Below are positions 35,445 to 45,790 of a DNA stretch of 64,000 nucleotides, one piece after another. This DNA comes from an uncultured delta proteobacterium (GTDB lineage Bacteria > Desulfobacterota > Binatia > HRBIN30 > BPIQ01). The notes below the pieces were generated by a model. That model searched no databases, was not told where the DNA came from, and saw only the letters and a program-made list of their open reading frames with translations. A program made the position numbers and the translations under genes. The DNA lies in contig CAVXGR010000011.1 in NCBI GenBank assembly GCA_963761335.1, positions 512,001 through 576,000 on the forward strand. Direction: 5' to 3'. Numbering within the stretch: the stretch's first letter is position 1; each line of letters starts with the position of its first letter.

Positions 35445-37262
35445 TCACGCCGCCGGCCATTCGCGCTCGACCTCGAGGACCTCGGCGAGAGCACTCGGCG
35501 CACCGGCCGGGCGCGCCGCCAGGAGCACGTCGCCGGCGGCGAGCAACAGGTCGGCGGAGGCGATCAGCAGATGCTCGCGGCGGCGCAGACAGAGGGCGAA
35601 CTCGCCCTCGCCGTACGCCAAGGCATCGAGGCGCTTGCCGGCGATCTCATCGCCACAGGCGGCGTGCTCGGCGATGCGCAGGCGATCGCCGCGGATCTGG
35701 CGGTTCACCTCCTCCGGCCCCGGGAAGTTGCCGGGAAAGGGATAGGCGTCCAGCTCCTTCTCGCGGCGCGTCGCCTCGTCGACGACGGCGAGCAGGCGCT
35801 GCACGCGGAAATTGTCACCGATGCGCTGCGCCACCAGAGTGTTGAGCTCGGGGTTGGTGGTGACCGTCAGCACGGTGTCGACGTAGCGGGCTCCGGCTTC
35901 CTCGAGGGCCTCCACGGAGAGGGCGTCGCCGTTGTATGCGGTGAGGTTCTCGGCGTGCGCGGCGCGGCACAGGCGCGGGTTGCGGTCGAAGAGCAGCACC
36001 TGGCGCCCCTGCTCGGTCAGCATGCGCGCCAGCAGCCGCCCGAAGCGGTCGGCGCCGACGATCATGGTGCCGAGAAGCGACGGGGTGTCGATTTGCAGGG
36101 CGCGCGCCACCGGCCCGATGGTCAGACCCTGAACGGTCACGGTGAGCGCCACGGTGACGAAGACCAGCGCCTCGAGCTGGTTGCCGCCGGGGATCTCGGC
36201 GGCGTTCAAGAGGATGCGGAAGAGACCCGCCACCGAGGCGGCGACGATGCCGCGCGGACACACCCAGGAGAGGAAGAGGCGCTGGCGCACGCTCATGCCG
36301 GCGCCGGCGGTACAGATGAAAACGGCGAGCGGGCGGCCGATCCACACCAGTGCGGCGACCACGCCGAGCGCCGGCCAGCCGAGAGCGGCGACCTCGCTGA
36401 GAGGCAGGTCGGCGGCGAGGAGCACGAAGATGAAGGAGAGCAGGACGATGGTCATCTCCTCGTTGAACTGCCGCAGCCGCCGCAGCTCGCGCAGCCCGGT
36501 ATTCGCCATCACCACTCCCTGGGTGACGGCCGCCATCAGTCCCGACTCCCCGGAGATCCGGCTCGCGGTCACCGACGCCATCAGCACCGAGGCCAGCACC
36601 ACCGGGTTCCAGAGGTCCTCGCGCACCCAACGGCGGCGCAGGACGAAGGTCATGAGCAAGCCGGCGCCGGCGCCGAGCCCGGCGCCCACCACCAGACGCC
36701 ACAACACCACCCAACCGGTCGCCAGCACACCGTGCTCGCCGATCAGGTACTCCAGGGTGACGATGGCGACGATGGCGCCGATGGGATCGATGAGCACGCC
36801 CTCGCCGATGAGCAGCTCGCGCACCGAGCGATCGACGGTGAGCCGCGACAGCAGCGGCGTCACCACCGTGGGGCCGGTGACGATCATCAGGGCGCCGTAG
36901 AGGGCCGCCGTGTACCACAGCATGCCGAGCCCGTAGCGCGCCGCCAGCATGCCGGTGACCATCGAGATCAGCCCGCCGACGGTGAGCAGCAGGATCAGGC
37001 TGCGCTGCTGCTGCCGCAGGTCCTCGAGGCGCAGCCCGAGCCCACCTTCGAAGAGGATCACGGTGACCGCCAGGCTCACCAGATCGGTGTGCGCGGCGCC
37101 GAAGACGTCGGGCTGGAGAAGCCCGAGCACGTCGGGGCCGATGGCAACGCCGGCGGCCAGAAGGAGGACGATGCCCGGCAGCGCGAAGCGAACCGCCACC
37201 GCCTGAGCCGCCATGCCGACCGCGACCGCGAGGGCTGCGTGGTAGAGTGCCGAGTCGCTCAC
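35445..37262 (-). CDS. Cation:proton antiporter (CPA1/NhaP-like) with TrkA-type C-terminal domain
   Basis: ILFEGGL, VTGPTV, EGVLIDPIG, PRGIVAASVA; C-terminal IVGADRFG..GDAL. Confidence 0.92.
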   Translation of the reverse strand: MSDSALYHAALAVAVGMAAQAVAVRFALPGIVLLLAAGVAIGPDVLGLLQPDVFGAAHTDLVSLAVTVILFEGGLGLRLEDLRQQQRSLILLLTVGGLISMVTGMLAARYGLGMLWYTAALYGALMIVTGPTVVTPLLSRLTVDRSVRELLIGEGVLIDPIGAIVAIVTLEYLIGEHGVLATGWVVLWRLVVGAGLGAGAGLLMTFVLRRRWVREDLWNPVVLASVLMASVTASRISGESGLMAAVTQGVVMANTGLRELRRLRQFNEEMTIVLLSFIFVLLAADLPLSEVAALGWPALGVVAALVWIGRPLAVFICTAGAGMSVRQRLFLSWVCPRGIVAASVAGLFRILLNAAEIPGGNQLEALVFVTVALTVTVQGLTIGPVARALQIDTPSLLGTMIVGADRFGRLLARMLTEQGRQVLLFDRNPRLCRAAHAENLTAYNGDALSVEALEEAGARYVDTVLTVTTNPELNTLVAQRIGDNFRVQRLLAVVDEATRREKELDAYPFPGNFPGPEEVNRQIRGDRLRIAEHAACGDEIAGKRLDALAYGEGEFALCLRRREHLLIASADLLLAAGDVLLAARPAGAPSALAEVLEVEREWPAA

Positions 37263-37314
37263 GCCGGTTGGTCATTGATAACAGAGTGACCGGCACTGGG
37301 GAAGCAGATGGGGA

Positions 37315-38573
37315 CAGTGCGTCATGAGCCTTGCGGCTCACCAATAGACGATGAAAATGAGGCCGGGGATCTGCGCCGGCAAGAGACTTGGAGGTCCTCG
37401 TCCGGCTGAAGTTCGCCCCGGAGGGGCGGTGGCGTGTAGCCCCGGGTGAAACCCGGGGAAGAATGCGCGCTCCGTCAGGCGCGCCCCGCCAGGGGCGCGG
37501 GCAAATTTTCGTCGATGTCACGCCTGTAGGCCGATGATCACCCCTGGGTGCGTGGGAAGCTCATCAACGTGATTCACGCGGCCTCTACGCCTGCGCCCCT
37601 GCGGGGCGCTGATCTGGGCCAATCGGAACGCGCTCCCCGGGTTGACACCCGGGGCTACATGCCGGCGCCCCTCCGGGGCGCTGATCTGGGCCAATCGGAA
37701 CGCGGTCCCCGGGTTGGCACCCGGGGCTACATGCCGGCGCCCCTGCGGGGCGCTGATCTGGGCCAATCGGAACGCGCTCCCCGGGTTGACACCCGGGGCT
37801 ACATGCCGGCGCCCCTCCGGGGCGCTGATCTGGGCCAATCGGAACGCGGTCCCCGGGTGACACCCGGGGCTACATGCCGGCGCCCCTCCGGGGCGCTGAT
37901 CTGGGCCAATCGGAACGCGCTCCCCGGGTGACACCCGGGGCTACATGCCGGCGCCCCTCCGGGGCGCTGATCTGGGCCAATCGGAACGCGCTCCCCGGGT
38001 TGGCACCCGGGGCTACATGCCTGCGCCCCTGCGGGGCGCTGATCTGGGCCAATCGGAACGCGCTCCCCGGGTTGACACCCGGGGCTACATGCCGGCGCCC
38101 CTGCGGGGCGCTGATCTGGGCCAATCGGAACGCGCTCCCCGGGTTGACACCCGGGGCTACATGCCGGCGCCCCTCCGGGGCGCTGATCTGGGCCAATCGG
38201 AACGCGGTCCCCGGGTGACACCCGGGGCTACATGCCGGCGCCCCTCCGGGGCGCTGATCTGGGCCAATCGGAACGCGCTCCCCGGGTTGGCACCCGGGGC
38301 TACATGCCGGCGCCCCTGCGGGGCGCTGATCTGGGCCAATCGGAACGCGCTCCCCGGGTTGACACCCGGGGCTACATGCCGGCGCCCCTCCGGGGCGATA
38401 ATCTCCACGCCAAGCCCCGGGGCTCCGCCAGACCTTCCGGGGCGATAAGCCTCCACGCCAAGCCCCGGGGCTGCGCCAGACCTTCACCCGATCGATTTTC
38501 GAAGCAGGCAAACTTTTGCGGCCGAGGCCATTCCCCTCCTGTGACTCCGAAGGGCAAAAGTAGCCTGTCCCCC
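37315..38573. mobile_element. Family C element containing an 11 x 71-72 bp tandem GTAG-REP array
   Basis: Collinear with 8163-8600; GATCTGGGCCAATCGG at 37611, 37683, 37755, 37827, 37898, 37969, 38041, 38113, 38185, 38256, 38328. Confidence 0.9.
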
Positions 38574-38581
38574 TGGTGGGC

Positions 38582-40966
38582 TCAGCTTGGCGGCGCGACG
38601 GTGATGTCGATCTTCACCACCGGGTCGAAGTAGAGATAGAAGCGACCGAACACGGTGTAGGTGCCGGGATCCACCAGCTTGCCGTCGTTGTCCTTGAGGT
38701 CCCAGAAGGCGAGCGCCTGGTAGCGGGGCCGCGCCTCGTCGGTCGCCGGAGCTCCGGCCGGCAGGAAGGGCTCGCCGCATCCCTCGTTGCGCACCGTGCG
38801 CACCAGGCGATCGCCCTGATAGACGAACAGATCGAGGCAGGGATCGAAGATGCCGCCCGGGCGCTCGCGCTCGGTCACCGTAAAGCGCAGGGCCGCCACT
38901 GCCGGCGGCGTGTAGGTGGCGCAGTCCGACTCGAGGACGACGCGGTCGTAGGCATCCGACCAAACGCCGCGGTTGATATTTTGCGGATCGCAGTAGTCGA
39001 TGGCGCTCTCCTCGAAGACCTCGATCGGCAGGTGACTGCTCTCCTGGCCGTCGAGCTCCGCCCATACCTGCACGGTGCCGGCAGCGCGCCCGGTGAAGAC
39101 GCCGGCGTCGTCGAAGCCGCCGACGCTCTCGTCGCTACTGCGCCAGGTGGCGCGGGCGGTGACGTCGCGCTGAAAGCCGACGTCGTAGTTGCCGTAGGCC
39201 TGGAAGTACGCCTGCTCGCCCTTGGCAATCGCCCGGTCCTGCCCGTCCTGGTAGATGTACAGGTTGAGCAGGGTGGCCTCGCTCACCACGTGCAGGGCGA
39301 CGGCGTTGCTCTGCACCTCGCCGAGAACAGCATCGATGGTGGAATCGCCGGCGGCGGCGGCCGTTGCCAAGCCGCCGCTGTCGATGGACGCCACGCCGGC
39401 GGCGCTGCTGCGCCAGGTGACCAGACTGGTGACGTCCTCCCAGTCGCCGGTGTCGTAGAAGGCGGTGGCGTGGAACTGCAGCTGATCGCCGAGCAGCACC
39501 GTCAGCTGATAGCTGCAGTCGACGCACGGCTCGGGGGGCAGAGCCTCGGCGCCTGCCCCGGCCGCGTCCAGCAGCGGGAAGAAGCCGTTGTCGGCGTAGA
39601 TCGAGAGGTCGACCACAGTGGGATTGGTGACCACGCGCACGCTCGCCGGATCGCTCACCACGCCGTCGAGAGAGGCGCGCAGCATCGCCGTGCCCTCCTG
39701 CCGGCCGGTGAACAGCCCGCCGACGACGTCGCCGACGTCGGAGGGCATCAGCTCCCAGTCGACCTCGCCACTGACGTCCTCAACCACGCTGTCGCCGAAG
39801 TATCCGTACGCCGCGAACTGAATGGTGCCGCCGACGCGGACCACCTGGCGGCAATCGGGCACGGCAAAGACGCCGGAGGGCAATGGATCGACGGTGGGCA
39901 GCTCCGGCAGCGGCAATCCTCCCGGGGTTCCCGGAAGGTAGACGGGATAGAAGCAGGAGACGTTGCGCACCTCGATGCGCGTCAGCGGCGGCCGTTCGCC
40001 GACCTGCAACGACAGCGGCGCGCTGGTGATTTCGCCCAGCGACGCCGTGATCTCGGCGCTGCCGGCGCCGTGGGTGGCGATGCCGCCCCAACCGTCGACG
40101 GTGGCCACCCCGGGGTCGCTCGACTCCCAGTCGACCAGGCCGGTGACCTCGATCGACGAGCCGTCGTCGAGAGTGGCGGTTGCCGAGACGTACCCCATCT
40201 GCCCGAGAACCAGGGACGACGGGCCGTTCAGCTCGATGGCGGAAATCGTCACCGGCGGACAGCCGGGCTCGCAGTCGAAGACGCCGTCGCCGTCGGCATC
40301 CACCAGCGTGCGCCCGCTGCCGCGGATCTCCTCGGCGCGCCCGTCGACGGTGAGCAGATGCGCGTCTCCCGGCGCAAACACCTCGGTGCGCGCCTGCCCG
40401 TCCTGGACGTAGCTCGAGCTCGAGCGCACCAGCCCCTGCCCGACCTCGACGAGCACGGTGGCGCCGTGGTCGCCGACCGCGAACGGCGCCTCGAAGTTGA
40501 CCAGGTCGCCGCGCAGCGTCCGGGTGAGCTGTAGCGAGTAGTGACCCGGATCGATGGTGTCGATCTGAAAGCTGCCGTCGGCGCCGGTGGAGCCGCGCAG
40601 CCCGGAGCCCGCGTCGACGGTCCAATCCGCATGCGCCAGCGCCCGATCGAACACGGCTCCCGCGGGCGAGTCCTGCCACACCTGCGGCGGCGCACCCAGC
40701 GCATCTCCCGGGCCGGCGGCGACGTCCTGCCGCAGCACCACCAGTCCGGAGACGGCGGCGGTGGCCGATGTGGTCGCCGTCGGCGTCGCCGTGATGGTCG
40801 CCTCCGGGGACACCGGTGTCGCCGTGCCCGTCGCCTCGGACACCGCCGTGGCCGTCGGCGAGGGAGTGCCGAGAACGGCGATCGGATCGCTGCCGCTACA
40901 ACCGGCAACCGCCATCGCCAGCACCGCCGCCGTCAACGAGAACCACTGCTGCGCACGTCTCTCCAT
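38582..40966 (-). CDS. Lipoprotein with tandem Ig-like (Big_2) domains and C-terminal FlgD/BsuPI-like Ig domain
   Basis: Lipobox VAGC; repeats VxWxSSDxxVAxV; WDLKDNDGKLVDPGTY; AAGGAGGAG RBS. Confidence 0.85.
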   Translation of the reverse strand: MERRAQQWFSLTAAVLAMAVAGCSGSDPIAVLGTPSPTATAVSEATGTATPVSPEATITATPTATTSATAAVSGLVVLRQDVAAGPGDALGAPPQVWQDSPAGAVFDRALAHADWTVDAGSGLRGSTGADGSFQIDTIDPGHYSLQLTRTLRGDLVNFEAPFAVGDHGATVLVEVGQGLVRSSSSYVQDGQARTEVFAPGDAHLLTVDGRAEEIRGSGRTLVDADGDGVFDCEPGCPPVTISAIELNGPSSLVLGQMGYVSATATLDDGSSIEVTGLVDWESSDPGVATVDGWGGIATHGAGSAEITASLGEITSAPLSLQVGERPPLTRIEVRNVSCFYPVYLPGTPGGLPLPELPTVDPLPSGVFAVPDCRQVVRVGGTIQFAAYGYFGDSVVEDVSGEVDWELMPSDVGDVVGGLFTGRQEGTAMLRASLDGVVSDPASVRVVTNPTVVDLSIYADNGFFPLLDAAGAGAEALPPEPCVDCSYQLTVLLGDQLQFHATAFYDTGDWEDVTSLVTWRSSAAGVASIDSGGLATAAAAGDSTIDAVLGEVQSNAVALHVVSEATLLNLYIYQDGQDRAIAKGEQAYFQAYGNYDVGFQRDVTARATWRSSDESVGGFDDAGVFTGRAAGTVQVWAELDGQESSHLPIEVFEESAIDYCDPQNINRGVWSDAYDRVVLESDCATYTPPAVAALRFTVTERERPGGIFDPCLDLFVYQGDRLVRTVRNEGCGEPFLPAGAPATDEARPRYQALAFWDLKDNDGKLVDPGTYTVFGRFYLYFDPVVKIDITVAPPS

Positions 40967-40991
40967 GGGCTCCTCCTTGTCGTCAAGGCGG

Positions 40992-41020
40992 CTTCTAAAC
41001 AAAACTTGTTTACTTGTCAA
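40992..41020 (-). promoter_or_regulatory. Sigma70-like promoter with overlapping palindromic operator candidate
   Basis: TTGACA-N17-TAGAAG; TAAACAA-N3-TTGTTTA at 40996-41012. Confidence 0.7.
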
Positions 41021-41049
41021 TCAACTTTTTTTTGGCTATTTTCGGGCGC

Positions 41050-41862
41050 ATGATCTCGGGGCCGGAGCGGCATCGCCGCGGCATCAAGGACATCTTCTAC
41101 GAGACCCGCGTGCTCATGGGCCGCGACTTCACCCTGCGCCGCTTCGCCGCCGAAGCCCTCGGCGGCAGCGTCGATCCGGTCATGCTGGGCTACGTCGAGA
41201 AGGGCAAACGCCTGCCCAACGAGGCGCTGGTGCGCCGTCTGGCGGCGCTGCGCAAGCAGGACCCTCATGAGCTGCTGGCCCTCCTCTGGCGCGACCGCAT
41301 GCTCTACGCCTTCGGCCGCGAGCTGCGCCGCGTGCTGAAGGCGCCGAAGGCGGTGGGCGGCATCGAGGACGCCGAGCTCGCCGTTTGCGTCAGCCAGGCA
41401 ATCGCCGCTCTGCCGGACGACGGCGGCTGGGTTCCGGTGCGCCGCTGGCGCTCGCAGTTCCGCCGCAGCGAGGACCGGCGCTCGCGCACGCCGCCGCTCT
41501 CCGCCGCGGTGGCCACCGAGGTAGAGCGGCTGCTGCGCCAGCGGCATCTGATCGAGGTCGCCGGCGGCCAGGTGCGCCGGCGGGAGCGGCACTACGTGGC
41601 CCGCGACAGCGGCGAGCGGCAGTCACTGGCGCTCGAGTTCTGCGCCCTCTTCCTCAAGGGGTTGCTCGACAAGCTCGCCCTCCCCGAGGCGGAGACCGGC
41701 ACCTACATGCGCAACCACTACTTGAACATCGAAGCCGACAAGCTGCCGGCGTTTCACCAGCGCCTCGACGCGGCGCTGCGCCAGCTGGCGGAGGAGTTCG
41801 CCGCCGAGGCCGCACCGGGGACGCGCTTCCTCAACGTTCTGGTCACCGCCACGCCCTTCTGA
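41050..41862 (+). CDS. HTH (XRE-like) transcriptional regulator, possibly TIGR02147/DUF4423-like
   Basis: FTLRRFAAEALG..MLGYVEKGKRLP HTH; wHTH-like middle; C-terminal LNIEADKLPAFHQRL. Confidence 0.65.
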   Translation: MISGPERHRRGIKDIFYETRVLMGRDFTLRRFAAEALGGSVDPVMLGYVEKGKRLPNEALVRRLAALRKQDPHELLALLWRDRMLYAFGRELRRVLKAPKAVGGIEDAELAVCVSQAIAALPDDGGWVPVRRWRSQFRRSEDRRSRTPPLSAAVATEVERLLRQRHLIEVAGGQVRRRERHYVARDSGERQSLALEFCALFLKGLLDKLALPEAETGTYMRNHYLNIEADKLPAFHQRLDAALRQLAEEFAAEAAPGTRFLNVLVTATPF

Positions 41863-41871
41863 GAGGAGATC

Positions 41872-42474
41872 ATGCACGCCCACAGATCGAGCCGGTCGAT
41901 TGTCGCCGTTGCCGTCGCCGCGGGGCTCGCCGCCGTCCTGGCCGCCTGCTCGGGCGGCAGCGGCTCGAGCGGCTTCGACATCACCGCCGCCCTCGAGAAC
42001 CAGCAGATCGGCACGGCTCTCGACGAGCGGAGCTGCGTCGCGGGCGCGGCGCTCACCATCTGCGCCAGCGGCGCCCTCCTACCGGCACCCATGGACCAGC
42101 CCTCTGCGGGCAACGAGACGGTGGAGCTCGACGCCGGCTTTCCCGCCGACGTGGTCACCTGCGCTCCCGCCGGCGCCGGCACCTGCACCGTCGAGGTGCA
42201 CTTCTCGGCCGCCGGCTTCGCCGCAGGGACGCGCTATCGCCTCGCCTGGCGCGGCGTCGAGCCGACCACTGCCTGGACGATTGGCGATGAGCCCGAGAGC
42301 AGCGGCGCCGGGAGCTTCGCGGCAACGGCGGCGTTGCCGGTCGCCGTGGTCCGCGCCCAGCTCGCCGTGCTCGCCTTCCTCCCTCCCGGCGGCGGCGTCG
42401 CCGGCGTCGTGCAGACACTCGGCGAGAGCGGCGCCGATCTCGCCTTCGTCAGCCCGGAGCTGGGCGTGGAGTAG
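41872..42474 (+). CDS. Hypothetical lipoprotein
   Basis: Lipobox LAAC; AGGAG RBS; 9 bp after the regulator stop. Confidence 0.78.
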   Translation: MHAHRSSRSIVAVAVAAGLAAVLAACSGGSGSSGFDITAALENQQIGTALDERSCVAGAALTICASGALLPAPMDQPSAGNETVELDAGFPADVVTCAPAGAGTCTVEVHFSAAGFAAGTRYRLAWRGVEPTTAWTIGDEPESSGAGSFAATAALPVAVVRAQLAVLAFLPPGGGVAGVVQTLGESGADLAFVSPELGVE

Positions 42475-42501
42475 GGCCGGAGCGAAGAGTAGGGGGGGCA
42501 C

Positions 42502-42623
42502 GAAGAGAATGTAAAATGAAAAACCGGTGACCGGTGATTCAGAACCGGCAAATGATTTCTCCCTGCATACCCTTGGCCGGTTCTCCATTCTCCATCACCG
42601 GTTCTTCATTTTACATTCTCTTC
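42502..42623. repeat. Repeat family G copy between convergent genes
   Basis: GAAGAGAATGTAAAATGAA..TTCATTTTACATTCTCTTC. Confidence 0.88.
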
Positions 42624-42642
42624 GTATCCCTCCCTGCTCCCC

Positions 42643-44184
42643 CTACTCGCCGCCGGGCAGACCGGGCGGCGGCGGCACCTCGCCGGCGCCGTTGGCGCGA
42701 GCCCGGCGACGGCGGGCACGGCGCGGCTTGGCGTCGAGCGGCGTCGGCGGCGTCTGGCGCGACGCCGTCTCGCTGCTGGCACCGGCCAGCACCCGCAGCT
42801 CGTCGAAGGAGTCGCGGGTCGCCTGCACGAAGGCGGAGAGATCGGGCAGGAGATCGTAGTCGGCGTTGAACCCCCAGCAGAGCTTGCCGTCGTAGCTCAG
42901 CAGGGCGATGCCGAGGCCGAGGCGATCGAGGAGCGGCACCAGCGGATACGCCTCGAGCATGCGCGCCCCGACCATGTACATCGGGAACTGCGGCCCCGGA
43001 ACGTTGGTCACCACCATGTTGAAGGCCAGCAGCCGCGTGCTGTTGCGCGCCCCGAGGGCCAGCAGCGTCGAAGGGGTCCACTCCGCCACCTGAGTCAACA
43101 CCTCGGCGCCCACCGCCTGCTTCGAGTCCTTGAGCTCCGCGGTGCGCTTGCGGATGCGTTCCAGCTGGCGGCGCGGGTCGCGCTCGCGCACCGGCAGCTC
43201 GACGACCCAGGCCGAGACGCGGTTGCCGAGCTGGCCGCGCTCGTCGTCGTTGCGCACGCTCACCGGAGTCATGACGCGAAAATCGATGGCGCCGGGATCG
43301 ACGTGGCGGCGTTCGAGAAAGCGGCGCACCGCCCCCGTGACCACGGTGAGAACCACGTCGTTCAAGGTGCCGCCGAGCTGCCGGCGCGCTTCCTTGATCT
43401 GCGCCAGGTCCATGGTCAGCCAGTCGAAGCGGCGATTTGGTCCGATCTCGTGATTGAAGGGCGTCGCCGAGGCGAAGTGCAACGTCGTTCCCAGGGTGCT
43501 GGCGACGGCGCGGGCGCGGCTGACGATCTCGCGCCGCACGTCCTGGGCCTCGGTGGCGAGGTCGCGCACGCCGCGCAGCACCGAGAGCGGCAGCGCCGCG
43601 CGGCGCATGAGCTCGTGGCGCAGGAGCTCGATCCCCGAGGGCGTCCGCCGCGGGATGTAGGGCAGCGGCTCCGGCAGCTCGTACTCCGGCGTGGGGCTCA
43701 TCAGGATCTTCATCAGATCGACGCCCGAGATGCCGTCGATCATGCAGTGGTGCACCTTGGAGACGAGCGCGAAGCGGTTCTCGTCGAGGCCCTCCACCAC
43801 CCAGATCTCCCACAGCGGTCGGGAGCGGTCGAGGCGCTGCTGCATGATGCGCGCCGACAGGCGCTTGAGCTGCTCGTCGTCGCCGGGACGCGGCAGGCTG
43901 GTGTGGCGAATGTGGAAGTCGAGGTTGAACTGGTCGTCGTCCACCCACACCGGCTGATCCAGAATGGGCACGTAGGCCAGCTTCTGGCGATAGCGCGGGA
44001 TCAGGTGCAGACCCGCCGCCACCGCCGCCTTGATGGCATCGGCGTCGATGCCGCCGTCGGGCTTGCGCAGCGGCCCGGCATCGAACACCTGCGTCGAGGC
44101 CACGTGCATGCAGGCATTGGGGCCCTCCAGGAGCAGAAACGAGTTGTCCAGCGCGGTGAGTCGGTCGTACGCGTATCGCGCCAT
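42643..44184 (-). CDS. Wax ester synthase/diacylglycerol acyltransferase (WS/DGAT)
   Basis: LDRSRPLWE, HHCMIDG catalytic motif, TLNDVVL, TNVPGPQ. Confidence 0.95.
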   Translation of the reverse strand: MARYAYDRLTALDNSFLLLEGPNACMHVASTQVFDAGPLRKPDGGIDADAIKAAVAAGLHLIPRYRQKLAYVPILDQPVWVDDDQFNLDFHIRHTSLPRPGDDEQLKRLSARIMQQRLDRSRPLWEIWVVEGLDENRFALVSKVHHCMIDGISGVDLMKILMSPTPEYELPEPLPYIPRRTPSGIELLRHELMRRAALPLSVLRGVRDLATEAQDVRREIVSRARAVASTLGTTLHFASATPFNHEIGPNRRFDWLTMDLAQIKEARRQLGGTLNDVVLTVVTGAVRRFLERRHVDPGAIDFRVMTPVSVRNDDERGQLGNRVSAWVVELPVRERDPRRQLERIRKRTAELKDSKQAVGAEVLTQVAEWTPSTLLALGARNSTRLLAFNMVVTNVPGPQFPMYMVGARMLEAYPLVPLLDRLGLGIALLSYDGKLCWGFNADYDLLPDLSAFVQATRDSFDELRVLAGASSETASRQTPPTPLDAKPRRARRRRARANGAGEVPPPPGLPGGE

Positions 44185-44280
44185 CCGTGAGACCTCCGTA
44201 CGCCGCAGTGTTCCACTTCCCATCCGCATCGTAAAGGGGGCTCCCGACGCGGGCCGGGGGAGGGCTTCGGAAAGCAGTCG

Positions 44281-45333
44281 CTACGCTGAGGCAGGCCCCC
44301 GCGGCCGATACGCCGGGCTGCCGCGCTCCATCCACTTGGTGTAGAGGTCGATGAACTCGGGGGAGGTCATCGGGTCGATGCCCATGATCGGCATGGCGGC
44401 GCGGCGGACGGTAAAGTCGTCGGGCGACAGCTCGCCGGCACGCGCAAAGTGGCGCGCCGCCGCTTCCACCCTGCCCTCGCGGTGCAGGTACCAGCCGAGC
44501 GCAAACTCCGCCTTGGCCAGCTGCTCCTCGGCCGTCGGCAGCATCTGCCGGCTCTTCACCTCGTCGGGAGTGAAGGGCGTTCGCCCCTCCTTCACCCAGG
44601 CGCGCAGCGCCTCCAGGTACGGGCCCGACTCGAAGCCGCTCAGGTCCTTGAAGGTGTCGGTGCCGAAGGCGACCTCGTGGGGACGCGCGATGCGTCCCTG
44701 CTCGTCGATCCAGATCGCCGTCGGCACATTGATGATCCCGAAGAGACTGGCGACCCGGTGCTCGGTGTCGATCAGGCTGGGGTGCTGCGGACGGGCGGCC
44801 TCGATGAAGGGGCGCGGATCCTCGGGGCTCCGGTCGAGGGCGACGGTGAGCACCGTGAACCCGTGATCCTTCAGCTCCGCGTACAGTTCCTGCCAGACCG
44901 GCAGGTCATAGCGGCAGCCTCACCAGGAGGCGTAGGCGACCAGCAGGACCTTCTTGCCGCGCTGCGCCGCCAGCGAGTGCAGCCGGCCGCTCAGATCGGG
45001 GAGCGTGAAGTCGGGCGCCTCGAGCGAGGCGAGCTGCGCGCCGCGCTCCCGCGCCGAGTCGCCGAGACAGCCGGCACGCTCGTCGAGGTCGAGCGCCAGG
45101 GGCCGCCCGAGCGTCTCGGCGAGCGCCGCCAGGTCAACGCCGTTTGCGTCGGCCAGCGCCGACGGGTCGCGGAGCGGAATGCACTGCTGGTTGCGGCAGA
45201 GCCCCTGCGGCTTGATCTCCCAGCCGAGGATACGGGCGACATCAGCGGCGGCAAGCCGTACCGACTCGCCGTCGATCCGCGCCGTCAGCGCCTCGCCGCG
45301 CCCATCGGCAATCAAGGTGAAGCGGCTTTCCAT
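44281..45333 (-). CDS. Selenocysteine-containing TlpA/ResA-like thioredoxin-fold protein (YASWUGC)
   Basis: Two same-frame ORFs joined by TGA at 44920-44922: APDFTLPDLSG..VLLVAYASW-U-GCRYDLPVWQELY. Confidence 0.88.
44889..44905 (-). promoter_or_regulatory. Putative bacterial SECIS hairpin
   Basis: CCTGCC-GGTCT-GGCAGG beginning 15 nt after the UGA, with G at the start of the loop. Confidence 0.7.
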
Positions 45334-45388
45334 GACCTCCACCATATATGGAGTGCGTCGATTCGCGGCAAGGGACTGCCGGAATTTG

Positions 45389-45575
45389 GTACTGTCCTGG
45401 TTTGCCGGTCCGACTCTGCAATTATCTCCCGCCCGCGCTCGCACAAGGGTGTCCTCTCCCCGCATTCTTTTCGCGGGGAGAGGATCAAGGTGAGGGGCTT
45501 CTTCGTCACTGAAAGTTCACGATTTCTGCGGCGCACCCTGCCCCTCTCCCGCGAAACAATGCGGGAGAGGGAACC
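45389..45575. repeat. Repeat family B copy with tail
   Basis: Similar to 20654-20833. Confidence 0.88.
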
Positions 45576-45790
45576 CGCGCCCGCAGCGGCGTGAACATCG
45601 AAGATCTCGAGACCATGGAAAGTCGCCAACCGCCGGGCAAGCGGTTCGACGTATCCATCCTGCGCCGCGCGCTGCAGCTCGCCGAATAACCCGGCTCCAG
45701 GCGCGAGGTGACGCACGGCTAAATCGGCGTAGCTTCTCGACGCCATGCGGGCAGTATTCCGATGGCGGCAGTGGCGACCCCCGGCGATGA

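Noticed and set aside
37585..38400. CRISPR array (72-bp period)
   Set aside because: The period is CRISPR-like but there are no unique spacers; it is a tandem REP unit
37518..38633. Short repetitive ORFs
   Set aside because: Products of the 71/72-bp array on both strands
44920..44922. Nonsense mutation/pseudogene
   Set aside because: The TGA sits at the redox-active position and is followed by a SECIS-like hairpin, so selenocysteine fits better
45580..45746. Possible short gene or fragment (MASRSYADLAVRHL..., minus strand)
   Set aside because: Runs into a family B repeat, no recognisable family; not enough support
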